NCBI GenBank assembly: GCA_041694885.1
Contig: JBGFRX010000013.1
Coordinates: 1-46,286 of the forward strand
Source: Candidatus Micrarchaeota archaeon
GTDB taxonomy: Archaea; Micrarchaeota; Micrarchaeia; Anstonellales; Bilamarchaeaceae
Direction: 5' to 3'
DNA length: 46,286 nucleotides
The notes below the pieces were generated by a model. The model saw only the letters and a program-made list of their open reading frames with translations, searched no databases and had not been told where the DNA came from. A program made the translations under genes and the position numbers. Positions 8,558 through 17,328 of this stretch are shown here, piece by piece (within the stretch, counting starts at the first letter, position 1; each line of letters opens with the position of its first letter).

Positions 8558-8817
8558 TGCGGCCGCCGGGGTTTTCAGTCAGTCCCGACGTTGCCCATGC
8601 CACCTTTTGAGGAGCTTTGGGCGTTCTCGGACGCTATCAGACCTTCCCATTCCAACCCAATCTGCTTAAATGAACAGATGAGATCCGATACCGTGGGCCC
8701 AAGGGGACACTTTTCCCTTGGATTGACATTTGAACCCGGGTCGCGGAATTGGCAATCCCGTATCCTACCATTGTCCGTCGCTCTAGCGTTATTAGAGAAA
8801 CCCTAGACTACGACCGC
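8558..8817 (-). tRNA. tRNA-Gly(GCC) with two introns: 32 nt at 15/16 (8771..8802) and 157 nt at 59/60 (8572..8728)
   Basis: Acceptor GCGGTCG/CGGCCGC; CGGGA-TTGCCAA-TTCCG; central helices GTCT/GGAC and TTCA/TGAA with 3-nt bulges. Confidence 0.88.
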
Positions 8818-8966
8818 AAATAGAATATTAGTTGCATTGTGTTGTCCCGAATTAACTCGCTCCTGCAAATTTGTTTTCATCGTCGCAACTCTTAATTGTT
8901 TCGTTTCTTCCTGTAAAAGGCCCCGGTCGCGTCAAAACTGGAAACCCGGAACTGGCAACCGCCTAT

Positions 8967-8999
8967 TGACGGGAAGTAGGGGAATTATAAACTCTTACT
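8967..8999 (+). promoter_or_regulatory. 33-bp BRE/TATA-like element, copy 1
   Basis: TGACGGGAAGTAGGGGAATTATAAACTCTTACT; 30/33 identical to 44927..44959. Confidence 0.55.
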
Positions 9000-9100
9000 T
9001 ACGTTGCGCGAACCCCTGGTCGTTGGTGAAGGCAGAGGTTATAAATTTAAGCTGGAATAAAAGTACGAAATATTCTGATTAGAATGGATAAGGTGAAAAA

Positions 9101-9715
9101 ATGACAAACGAAGTTGAAAAATTGCGGGAAGGGAACAGGAGATTTGCGGCAAATCAGCCGTCAGCAAAGGACCTTGCGAAAGCGCGGCTCGAAACGCAAA
9201 ACAGGCAGCAACCCTATGCGATAGTGCTTACGTGCAGCGACTCGCGCGTAGCGCCTGAGCACATATTCGACGCTGGGATAGGGGAAATATTCGTCGTGCG
9301 CACCGCGGGCAACGTCGTGGATAAGATCGCGCTGGGAAGCATAGAATACGCTGCAGAGCATCTGTACGTATCTTTGCTTGTGGTTATGGGGCATGAGAAG
9401 TGCGGCGCGGTGAAAGCAGCGTGGGAGGCAACAGAGTACGGAACAAGAAACACTGAACCGGGAACTGCCGGGGCACATGGCGGGCAGTCGAAAAACATAG
9501 CTGCGATAGTGAAGGCGATAATCAAATCGGTGAATAAGGCGAAAAGGAAAAACAAGACAGTGGAGGACGCGGCGAACGAGAATGTGAAAAGGCAGATCAG
9601 GGAAATCATGAGAAAAAGCCCGGCCTGCAAAAAGCTCGCTGAGGAGGGGAAGCTGAAAATCGTGGGGGCGAAGTACAAGCTCTCGGGCTGGGAAGTCGAA
9701 ATTATAACGAAATGA
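9101..9715 (+). CDS. Beta-class carbonic anhydrase
   Basis: CSDSR, R.AGN, GHEKCGAV zinc motifs. Confidence 0.95.
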   Translation: MTNEVEKLREGNRRFAANQPSAKDLAKARLETQNRQQPYAIVLTCSDSRVAPEHIFDAGIGEIFVVRTAGNVVDKIALGSIEYAAEHLYVSLLVVMGHEKCGAVKAAWEATEYGTRNTEPGTAGAHGGQSKNIAAIVKAIIKSVNKAKRKNKTVEDAANENVKRQIREIMRKSPACKKLAEEGKLKIVGAKYKLSGWEVEIITK

Positions 9716-9720
9716 ACCGC

Positions 9721-9743
9721 TCTTCTTTTTGTTTTTGTTTTTT
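9721..9743 (+). terminator. Oligo-T terminator
   Basis: T-rich run directly after the carbonic anhydrase stop. Confidence 0.5.
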
Positions 9744-9814
9744 ATGTGCGAAAAAGCAACCATTTTAAATCTCAGAAAACAGAATGATTCCACGAATTCC
9801 TAAGGTGGTTTCAT

Positions 9815-10225
9815 ATGATAAAGGAAGTGGTGGTCGTCTCAAAGGACAAGCTCGGACTTCTCGCAGATCTTTCCTACGTGCTCGCGAAGGAAAAAATAAA
9901 CATAGAGAACGTGGATGCGAACATTCTCGGGGAAAGGGCGGTCGTGCGGTTAGGCGTGCTGAGCGCCAAATACGAAAAGGCGAAAAGCGCACTCGAGCAG
10001 AACAGATACGAAGTGCTCCATGCTGATTCGCTTGTGGTGCGGCTCGAAGACAAGCCAGGTGCGCTTGCCGAAATGACGAGGAAATTGGCAGACGCGAAAA
10101 TAAACATACTGAACGCGCATGTGCTCTGGAAGCAGGGTGCATACGTCTTCGATTCCATAACTGTTGACAAACCGAAGGAAGCGAAAAAAGTGCTCGGAAG
10201 CGCGGTCGCGAACGGGAGCGGATAG
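9815..10225 (+). CDS. Tandem ACT-domain protein
   Basis: DKLGLLA..L...INI and EDKPGALA..L...INI. Confidence 0.85.
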   Translation: MIKEVVVVSKDKLGLLADLSYVLAKEKINIENVDANILGERAVVRLGVLSAKYEKAKSALEQNRYEVLHADSLVVRLEDKPGALAEMTRKLADAKINILNAHVLWKQGAYVFDSITVDKPKEAKKVLGSAVANGSG

Positions 10226-10306
10226 GGCCGGATTTTTCATGCATATAATCGGCATAGAGGATAATAGGCGATGGCGCAGGTTGAAACGATCTGGTGAATA
10301 CTGGTT

Positions 10307-11512
10307 ATGAGCGAAACGGAAGCGATGTACGGGCTCAAAAAGCAGCTGCGGAAATTAAGGGAGATAAAGGGCAGTGGCACTGAGCTCGTTTCCGTATATA
10401 TACCTGCCGGCTATCCGATACACGAGACCGCAAACAAGCTCAGGGAGGAGGTCAACCAGGCAGGAAACATAAAATCAAAGACAACGAGGAACAATGTGAT
10501 TGACGCGCTTGAGTGCATATTGGCAGAACTCAGGAAGTACAGGCAGACCCCTCCAAACGGGATGACGCTTTTCTGCGGGAACATCTCCGAGAACCCGGCG
10601 AAAACCGACATAGAATTGTTCGTACTTGAGCCGCCGCAGCCGCTGAACGTGAGCGTGTACAGGTGCGACAGCTGCTTTTTCCTCGAGCCACTTGAGCGCA
10701 TGTTGGAGGCGACAGACAGTTACGGGCTCGTGGCTATGGATGGAAGAGAGACCACGGTCGCCATTCTGAAGGGGACGCAGACGGTAATAGTGAAAAAGCT
10801 GCACTCCATGGCGCACGCGAAGATCAAGGTCGGTGGACAAAGCGCAAGGCGCTACCAGCGGCTCATAGAGGAAAGCATAGAGTATTATTACAAGCGCGTA
10901 GGCGAGGCGATGGATTCAGCGTTCCTTGGAAAAGTGAAGGGCATAATAATAGGGGGACCAGGACCCACGAAGGACTTTTTCCACAAGATGGCGCCTTACA
11001 ACTACCAGCACAAAATCCTCGGGCTTGTGGATACCGGATACACTGACGAGTACGGACTGCGAGAGATAGTCGCGAAAAGCGAACTGCTCATAAAGGAGCA
11101 GGAGGCGGTGAAGGAGCGCGCCCTTGTTGAACGGTTCATAAAGGAAGTTATGCACGGCGCGCTCGCCACCTATGGGGAAAGCGAAGTAAGGAAAGCGGTG
11201 GAGGCGAAACAGGCTGAAACCGTGCTTCTTTCCGAAGGGCTGAAATACGAAAAGGTGAAGTGGAAGTGTGGGAACTGCGGTAGCGAGGAAAGCAAAACTG
11301 TGGAAGGAAAGGTGGAGGAGAACATAAAATGCCCTTCGTGCGGCGGAAAGATGATCATCGAGGACGAGGAGCCGCTCATAGAGGAGCTTGCTGACCTTGC
11401 GAGGGAAATGGGGATAAAAGTCGAGATAATATCGGAAAATACTGCAGAAGGCGCGCAGTTCCTCTCCGGCTTCGGGGGAATAGGCACGTTCTTGAGGTAT
11501 AAAAAAAATTAA
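10307..11512 (+). CDS. prf1: Peptide chain release factor aRF1
   Basis: GTELVS, NIKS, YRCD..F, GGQSARR; Zn-ribbon in domain 3. Confidence 0.97.
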   Translation: MSETEAMYGLKKQLRKLREIKGSGTELVSVYIPAGYPIHETANKLREEVNQAGNIKSKTTRNNVIDALECILAELRKYRQTPPNGMTLFCGNISENPAKTDIELFVLEPPQPLNVSVYRCDSCFFLEPLERMLEATDSYGLVAMDGRETTVAILKGTQTVIVKKLHSMAHAKIKVGGQSARRYQRLIEESIEYYYKRVGEAMDSAFLGKVKGIIIGGPGPTKDFFHKMAPYNYQHKILGLVDTGYTDEYGLREIVAKSELLIKEQEAVKERALVERFIKEVMHGALATYGESEVRKAVEAKQAETVLLSEGLKYEKVKWKCGNCGSEESKTVEGKVEENIKCPSCGGKMIIEDEEPLIEELADLAREMGIKVEIISENTAEGAQFLSGFGGIGTFLRYKKN

Positions 11513-11955
11513 GCGGGCTTTTCAGATACGCTACATGGGACGGAGTAGTTCTGCAGCCCTATTTCAATCCTGTTTTTGTAGAAAGCAGTAGCGTTTCCGT
11601 ACCTTATGTAAAACGCAACTCCTGATTTTGAGAGTTCCTCGCAGTAAGAAGCACTCATGTTCGCGGAGTCGGACAGGCAGTTGTTGCTCTCGATAACGAA
11701 ATAGGAGACGTTCTTGGGCGCGAGCGCGATGCTGCCTGCGAGATCAATGCCGCACTGCATTATGGAATAGCGGGCATCCTCTGCTGCGTTGCGCAGGTCC
11801 GCGATTATGTACACCTTTTTTGCGGATGAAAGATCTTCCACGAACTGCGCGTACGTTCTTTGCACTTCGCCTGACGTGGGTAAGGTGAGGAAATAGTATG
11901 CGAACGCGAAGGAGATTAAGGCGAGCAGCAGCACTGTGAAATTTTTCATGTCCAT
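11509..11955 (-). CDS. Exported hypothetical protein with four Cys
   Basis: N-terminal hydrophobic helix; resembles the C-terminal domain of the neighbouring gene. Confidence 0.65.
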   Translation of the reverse strand: MDMKNFTVLLLALISFAFAYYFLTLPTSGEVQRTYAQFVEDLSSAKKVYIIADLRNAAEDARYSIMQCGIDLAGSIALAPKNVSYFVIESNNCLSDSANMSASYCEELSKSGVAFYIRYGNATAFYKNRIEIGLQNYSVPCSVSEKPA

Positions 11956-11988
11956 GATCTTACCGGCTGGCGCAAACGAATCGCAACT

Positions 11989-14040
11989 TTAAGAAGTGAG
12001 CTTGGCTGCTTCTGCGAACGGGCACACGTCGAAGGACCTACTGTCGCCAGTGATGTTCGCCTGCTTCGTGAGCAGCCCTGAGTAGGTGGAAGAGCGAAGG
12101 GGCGATGCGCTGAGTAATATGAGCGGCTTTACATTCGTGTCCAGGCAGCCGGGCACAGCAGTGCCGTTCGTCATCAGCGTGCACGCCTGCCCCTTGATTT
12201 CATAGACAGAGGTGGTTATTTTACTCTGGGCGAGCATGTCGGCAATTGAGGAGGCGCACGTTTTCATCGCGGCGAGCGTCTGTGCATCCTCATTGCCCGT
12301 CTCCTGGAGCGCTATAACCGCGTTTTTGGTGTACTTCACTATGTCCATGAAATCCTGGTACTCGAGCTTGCTCTGCGACCTGTCCAGGGAAAGGAATATG
12401 CCGAGCGAGACCAATGCCACCAAGAAAACAAGGAAGAGCGCAAGCCCCACAAGCACCAATTTGTTCATCGGCTTGGGCGAAATCGCATAATAGATCAGGA
12501 AAAGGAAGAGCACAACCGAAGAGAACGATGCGAACAGCATGGCGCTCAGCCCGAGCGGCAAATAGGGGGACCATTGCATCTTTTCGGCGTAGGTGAGCGG
12601 CCTGATCTGCACGAATAGGCTGTCCATGGCATCCACGAACTTGTTCGCCATTCCAGTGAACATGAATAACGTTTGAGTCGCGCTTGTCTTGGACACGAGC
12701 GCCTTCTCGTCCATTATGAGCGACTGGTATTTAAGCTGGATTTCATCATATTGAGTGGCAGTGAGCCCTTTTGTGAATTGCTGGTCTACGAGTATTTTCG
12801 TCTGCTTTATTATGTTCAGCTTCGTGACATCCTCAGGGGCGAGCGACTTGCTCTCTGCGAGGAAAAGGTATGTGGTTGCGATGCGGTAGGATGCGGAAAC
12901 GTTATCGTAAACCGCTTTAAGGGGCTCTATCGAGGAGTTGAGCGACTGTATTAATCTTGAATAGTCCACAAGCGAAACGTTGAATGTGGTGAAATTGCTG
13001 GAGTTTATGAGTGCCTCAATCTCGCGTTCCATTTGAGTGAAGGCTGCTAATTTGGCCTTTACGTTCGCATTGTCCACGAGCGCAAGTGCCTGCTCTGTCG
13101 CGTTCTTCACCGCAGCGCCCTGCGTCTTCACCGGAGTATAGACGGAAAGATAGTAGGCCTGCAACTTCGCATTTGCAGTTTGCACAAGCCGCAGCTGCGT
13201 ATTATTATATATTTTCTCGGCGATCTGACTGTGCTGCATCAGGGGAGCTATTTTCGCGGAAAGGCTGTTGAGTGTGCTCTCTGCCTTGCTTAGCGAAGCA
13301 TCGTCGAACTTTATATCCGGGCAGATTGCATAGCAGTTCTTGCTGACATCTGCGACCACAGGGCATGACTCGCCTTTTGCCGGATATCTCAAGGGCGTCT
13401 TTTCCAACTTGTTCTTGTACTTCTTTAGGGTAGAGATGTCATTCTTCAGCTGATTGATATAATCAGCTGTGTTGTCTGCATTCATGGTGTCGAGCTTGTC
13501 GAATACATTTATCATAAGAGTTTCAGTGCCGCTGCTCGAGAATGCGAAATCCTTCACTGGCTGGAAGAACATGTCCGGGCTGCTGCACCCGGTTGCTCGG
13601 ACGTATGCAGTGCACACCAGGCTTGCAACCTTATAGCACGAGGAATCGTCAACGCACGGGTAGATATGGAGAAATATCGCCTGCCGGCATGCATTTTCCT
13701 CTTTGCCTGGGAATCTCCCGCCGTCGTTCCTGCTCGCATTGTAGGCGAGGAAATAGGTTTTTAGCACAGTGATCTCGTTTGCGCTCACCGCGTATTTCGA
13801 GGAATAGTATTTCTTCAGCACTGATTCAATCTGGCTTTTTTCCGTCACGAGCTCCTCTTCTTTCACCAGGAAAGTCGGGGCGCCGCTTATATTTATTACA
13901 TAATACGAAATGTGTTCGAGCGTGAAGAATTCCTTCCCTATGTTCGCGTTCGTCTCGTTCGCTGCAAGGTACTGGCCGATGTCGAATGCAGAGGCGGATG
14001 CGACTAACAGCAGCAGGGAAAACAGCAGTACTGGTCTCAT
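11989..14040 (-). CDS. Large membrane-anchored exported protein (Cys-rich, helical, 2 TM)
   Basis: Signal peptide MRPVLL..ASA; Cys clusters; two TM helices; likely start 14040. Confidence 0.7.
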   Translation of the reverse strand: MRPVLLFSLLLLVASASAFDIGQYLAANETNANIGKEFFTLEHISYYVINISGAPTFLVKEEELVTEKSQIESVLKKYYSSKYAVSANEITVLKTYFLAYNASRNDGGRFPGKEENACRQAIFLHIYPCVDDSSCYKVASLVCTAYVRATGCSSPDMFFQPVKDFAFSSSGTETLMINVFDKLDTMNADNTADYINQLKNDISTLKKYKNKLEKTPLRYPAKGESCPVVADVSKNCYAICPDIKFDDASLSKAESTLNSLSAKIAPLMQHSQIAEKIYNNTQLRLVQTANAKLQAYYLSVYTPVKTQGAAVKNATEQALALVDNANVKAKLAAFTQMEREIEALINSSNFTTFNVSLVDYSRLIQSLNSSIEPLKAVYDNVSASYRIATTYLFLAESKSLAPEDVTKLNIIKQTKILVDQQFTKGLTATQYDEIQLKYQSLIMDEKALVSKTSATQTLFMFTGMANKFVDAMDSLFVQIRPLTYAEKMQWSPYLPLGLSAMLFASFSSVVLFLFLIYYAISPKPMNKLVLVGLALFLVFLVALVSLGIFLSLDRSQSKLEYQDFMDIVKYTKNAVIALQETGNEDAQTLAAMKTCASSIADMLAQSKITTSVYEIKGQACTLMTNGTAVPGCLDTNVKPLILLSASPLRSSTYSGLLTKQANITGDSRSFDVCPFAEAAKLTS

Positions 14041-14221
14041 GGGCAAAATTAACAATGCAATATTTAAAAACCGATGCAAAAGTTTGTAAAAATTCAGGTT
14101 TTTCCCATCTCATTAATTTCGCTGTTTAAGACGTTTCCTTGTCGTTGCAATCCGCGCCCCGCTTTCCCCTTCGTTCGCCCCCTATATGTTATTAAACCTC
14201 CTTTCGCCATGTTTTATCCTT

Positions 14222-15544
14222 ATGGTTTTAGTCGCATTAAAGGGAATAATAACCCGCGTTTACGGCAGAGGCCCGTTTGCCTATATGCTGCATGACGGGA
14301 TGCGCAGCTCGGAATTCGAGTCCCCGGAGTTCTTCCAGCCAGGAGAAAGCGTTAGCGTTGCGTGCGTCCGGAGCGAGCGCTCCGGAAAAACAATTCTGCT
14401 CGCTGAAAAAATGGAGAAGGTCGGGGATTTGTACGCTGAAGTGGAGCAGAAAATAATGGCATCATCGGCTTTGCGCAGCCCGGAGCGGTTCGACGGGAAT
14501 ATTGAAAAAATGAAAGAGGATTTTGAAAAATTTGCGCGTAAAATCCGCGCTGCGCAGCAGCTCGGCCGTTTCATAACCGTGAAGTTCCACGGCGATGCGG
14601 ACGGCATTTCTTCCGCGCTTATAGTGAAAAAATTCCTGCGCGCGACCTACGCCCAGCAGAATTCAGCCATATACTCGGTGAGGGATGCGATAAAGGATGC
14701 AGAGAAGACGACCCAGCAGTTCAAACCCCTCCTCGTACTGCTCGATTTCGGGAGCGGCGAAGACAGTGCGCAGGGCATTTCCCTTGCAAAAGCGGCTGGA
14801 ATAGAGATAATCAGCATAGATCATCACCCCCCCAATCCGTCTTCTGTTTCCTCCATTGCCTTTCGCATCAATCCCTGGGACACCGGTTGCGAAGACGGCT
14901 CGAAATACCCCGCCGGCTTTTTGTGCGCAGTGCTTGCCCGAATGCTCGGAATGGAAACCATGGCGCTGGAGAATATCGCGTGCGCAGGGGACAGGAGTAC
15001 AATCATCCCTCTTTCGCAGCAGGACAGGGATCGTGCGCTTGTTCTGGATTTTGTCGCGACCTATTCCGGCTTTGGGCACGGTTTGGATTTCTATTCAGAA
15101 GTACTCGCAAAGCACGAACTCTTCAGTTCCATACTTTCCCAGGCAAACGCGAAGCTGGAGGAGGCGGACCGGCTCCTGAAAAATGCCCTTAAAACAAAAT
15201 CCGCTCCGAGAGCAGAGATATGCTGGTTCAACTTTGACAGCATAGCTGAAAAAAAGGAATTTCCGAACAAGGGAAAGATAACCGGAAGAGTGCTGGAGAT
15301 AACGGGCAGGACAGGACCCATGCTCGTAATCGGCTATTCCAAAAAAACAATAGTGCTTCGTGCAAACGATAGCGCAGTGGCTAATGAAATAAAGGCGAAT
15401 GCAATAGTTGAGGAGATGAAAACCCGGCTCTCTGGCTTCGTGGAAAACGGGGGCGGCCATGCGCGCGCAGCAGCCCTCCGCGTGAAGGGAAGTTTCGAAA
15501 CAGCAGTTGTCGAAGAGATTATAAAACTGATCGAAAAGGCATGA
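14222..15544 (+). CDS. DHH-family RecJ-like phosphoesterase/nuclease
   Basis: HGDADG, LLDFG, IDHH, GGGH. Confidence 0.85.
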   Translation: MVLVALKGIITRVYGRGPFAYMLHDGMRSSEFESPEFFQPGESVSVACVRSERSGKTILLAEKMEKVGDLYAEVEQKIMASSALRSPERFDGNIEKMKEDFEKFARKIRAAQQLGRFITVKFHGDADGISSALIVKKFLRATYAQQNSAIYSVRDAIKDAEKTTQQFKPLLVLLDFGSGEDSAQGISLAKAAGIEIISIDHHPPNPSSVSSIAFRINPWDTGCEDGSKYPAGFLCAVLARMLGMETMALENIACAGDRSTIIPLSQQDRDRALVLDFVATYSGFGHGLDFYSEVLAKHELFSSILSQANAKLEEADRLLKNALKTKSAPRAEICWFNFDSIAEKKEFPNKGKITGRVLEITGRTGPMLVIGYSKKTIVLRANDSAVANEIKANAIVEEMKTRLSGFVENGGGHARAAALRVKGSFETAVVEEIIKLIEKA

Positions 15545-15578
15545 TTATAAGAATTATAGAAGAAACTGGAAACAGTTT

Positions 15579-15672
15579 GGGGCTGTGGCGTAACCAGGCA
15601 GCGCGGCTGGCTCCAGGTCCCGAAAGGGAGTTAAGCAACCAGCATGTTAGAGTTCAAATCTCTACAGCCCCA
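15579..15672 (+). tRNA. tRNA-Trp(CCA) with a ~21-nt intron near 37/38 (15617..15637)
   Basis: Acceptor GGGGCTG/CAGCCCC; GCTGG/CCAGC anticodon stem; TTCAAAT loop; oligo-T downstream. Confidence 0.85.
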
Positions 15673-15738
15673 CTAAAATTTTTTCTTTTTAAAAAAAGAC
15701 CAGCTCGCATTTATAAATAAAAGATACGGAGAGAAATC

Positions 15739-16467
15739 ATGGTAAAGCAGATAGACGAAATGAAGATTAAGTACCTCGACCCGAAGGTAAGGGCGCTCTG
15801 GGCGTTCAATGGAGTGGTGCTCGCGTTCCTGATGTGGTTGCTCGTCTCCTGGCTTTCGCAGCTCGCATTTCCAGACGGCATCTTAGAGGTGAACAGCCAG
15901 TTCTACCCGTTCATGTTCCTCATGATAATCGGCATCGTTCTCATTCCTTATCTGGTGTGGATAGAATTGAAGTACAGGACCTACACCTATTATCTCGCCG
16001 AGACCGAAATAATAATAAGGAGTGGGGTGCTGCGCATAGAGCGCATCACAATCCCGTTCGAGAAGGTGCAGAACGTCAATGTTTCCCGCTCCATTCTTGA
16101 GCGCATCTTAGGCCTCGCTACTATAAAAATAGAAACAGCTGGAACGATTCCGACCGAGGCGGAAGGTCTTATTCCAGGAGTGGGCAGCTACCGCGACGTT
16201 GTTGACGAGATATTGGAGCATATGAAGCACACGCACGCAGCAGAGCTCCGCGTACACGAGGAAACGGTCGTTCCGGAAACAACGAAAGCGCTCGAGGAGG
16301 AACTCGCTGCACTAAAGGACGAGATAAGGCGCCTGCGCGAGGAGAACGCGAAACTGCTCGCGAAAGAAGCGCCTCCACAAGCACTGGAGTTCGAAGGCGA
16401 AAAGTATAAAAAGCCACAGGAGAAAACCATTACTCCTCAAAAGAAGAAAAAGAAAAAGGAAGATTAG
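15739..16467 (+). CDS. Membrane protein with bacterial-type PH domain (YdbS/YdbT-like) and coiled-coil tail
   Basis: 2 TM, SGVL...TIPFEKVQNV, ILGLATIKIETAG. Confidence 0.8.
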   Translation: MVKQIDEMKIKYLDPKVRALWAFNGVVLAFLMWLLVSWLSQLAFPDGILEVNSQFYPFMFLMIIGIVLIPYLVWIELKYRTYTYYLAETEIIIRSGVLRIERITIPFEKVQNVNVSRSILERILGLATIKIETAGTIPTEAEGLIPGVGSYRDVVDEILEHMKHTHAAELRVHEETVVPETTKALEEELAALKDEIRRLREENAKLLAKEAPPQALEFEGEKYKKPQEKTITPQKKKKKKED

Positions 16468-16476
16468 GTGTGTCTT

Positions 16477-16659
16477 ATGAACTTTACAAAATACGAGCGA
16501 GCACGCATAATAGGCGCGAGGGCGCTCCAGCTCTATTTCGGTGCCCCTCCATTGGTTAAGCTATCGGAAAAAGGCGAGCTGAACTACATCTCTTTGGCTG
16601 AAAAAGAGTTGGATGAAAGCGTCATTCCGCTTGTTGTGCTAAGGGAAACCACGCCTTGA
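16477..16659 (+). CDS. rpoK: RNA polymerase subunit K (Rpo6)
   Basis: TKYERARIIGARALQL..GAP, A.KEL...IPL. Confidence 0.95.
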   Translation: MNFTKYERARIIGARALQLYFGAPPLVKLSEKGELNYISLAEKELDESVIPLVVLRETTP

Positions 16660-17290
16660 CCAGGATTACACTATAATTCAGCCCTTCTTCTTTCAGAACT
16701 ATTCTGGTTTTTTCATCCACCCATAGAGTCCTTTCATTATTTCCGAAAGCCCCTGATTCGCGCACTCTTACTTCGCAAGCCCTTCTTCCCATAATCGTTT
16801 TAACTGCTGTGCAGGCAGCTGAAAAATTGCTTATCGCCTCATGAGTGAGGCCATTGCGCAGCTCAGCCCTCCAACTAAAATTTTCTGAAATCGCAAGCAT
16901 CCAGGGAGAAAAGAAGAAAAATCCAGGAGGGGAAAGGCGCACGTTCGTTTCACCGTCCAGCCCGTCGTAGCTTATGCACGTGGAAAGATTGGAGCCCTCC
17001 AACAATACGGGAATGCAATTTCCCCGGGCGCCTGAACCGTTCTTCCAATTCATTGTCTTTCTTCCAAAAACAAAGGAAGCGTATCCGCTTTCATTGGCGC
17101 CGGAGTAATTATAGTAATATACAAGAGTAGCAGAACCCGGGGCTGAGAAATTCGCGTTCTTTTCCAGCTCATCTTCTGCAGTATAAGCCGGACTGAAGCC
17201 TGCTGCAAAAAACAGGAATGAAAAGGCCAGAAGGCCGGCCAAGAGCAGGAGCGAGAGCAAAAAGATATCTTTGAATTCAGATTTGGGCAT
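16622..17290 (-). CDS. Exported hypothetical protein
   Basis: N-terminal TM; C-terminal WVDEKTRIVLK beta pattern. Confidence 0.55.
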   Translation of the reverse strand: MPKSEFKDIFLLSLLLLAGLLAFSFLFFAAGFSPAYTAEDELEKNANFSAPGSATLVYYYNYSGANESGYASFVFGRKTMNWKNGSGARGNCIPVLLEGSNLSTCISYDGLDGETNVRLSPPGFFFFSPWMLAISENFSWRAELRNGLTHEAISNFSAACTAVKTIMGRRACEVRVRESGAFGNNERTLWVDEKTRIVLKEEGLNYSVILVKAWFPLAQQAE

Positions 17291-17328
17291 GAATAGGATT
17301 AGGAAAGAAAAGATAAAAAGGGGCTCTA

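Noticed and set aside
8572-8728. Box C/D guide RNA or homing endonuclease in the Gly intron
   Set aside because: CTGA is present but no RTGATGA box C; too short for an endonuclease ORF
8209-9082. Short ORFs across the tRNA-Pro/Gly region
   Set aside because: Explained by the intron-containing tRNAs and repeats
10307-11512. Stop-codon reassignment or altered release factor
   Set aside because: NIKS, YxCxxxF and GGQ are intact; TAA, TAG and TGA all end full-length genes
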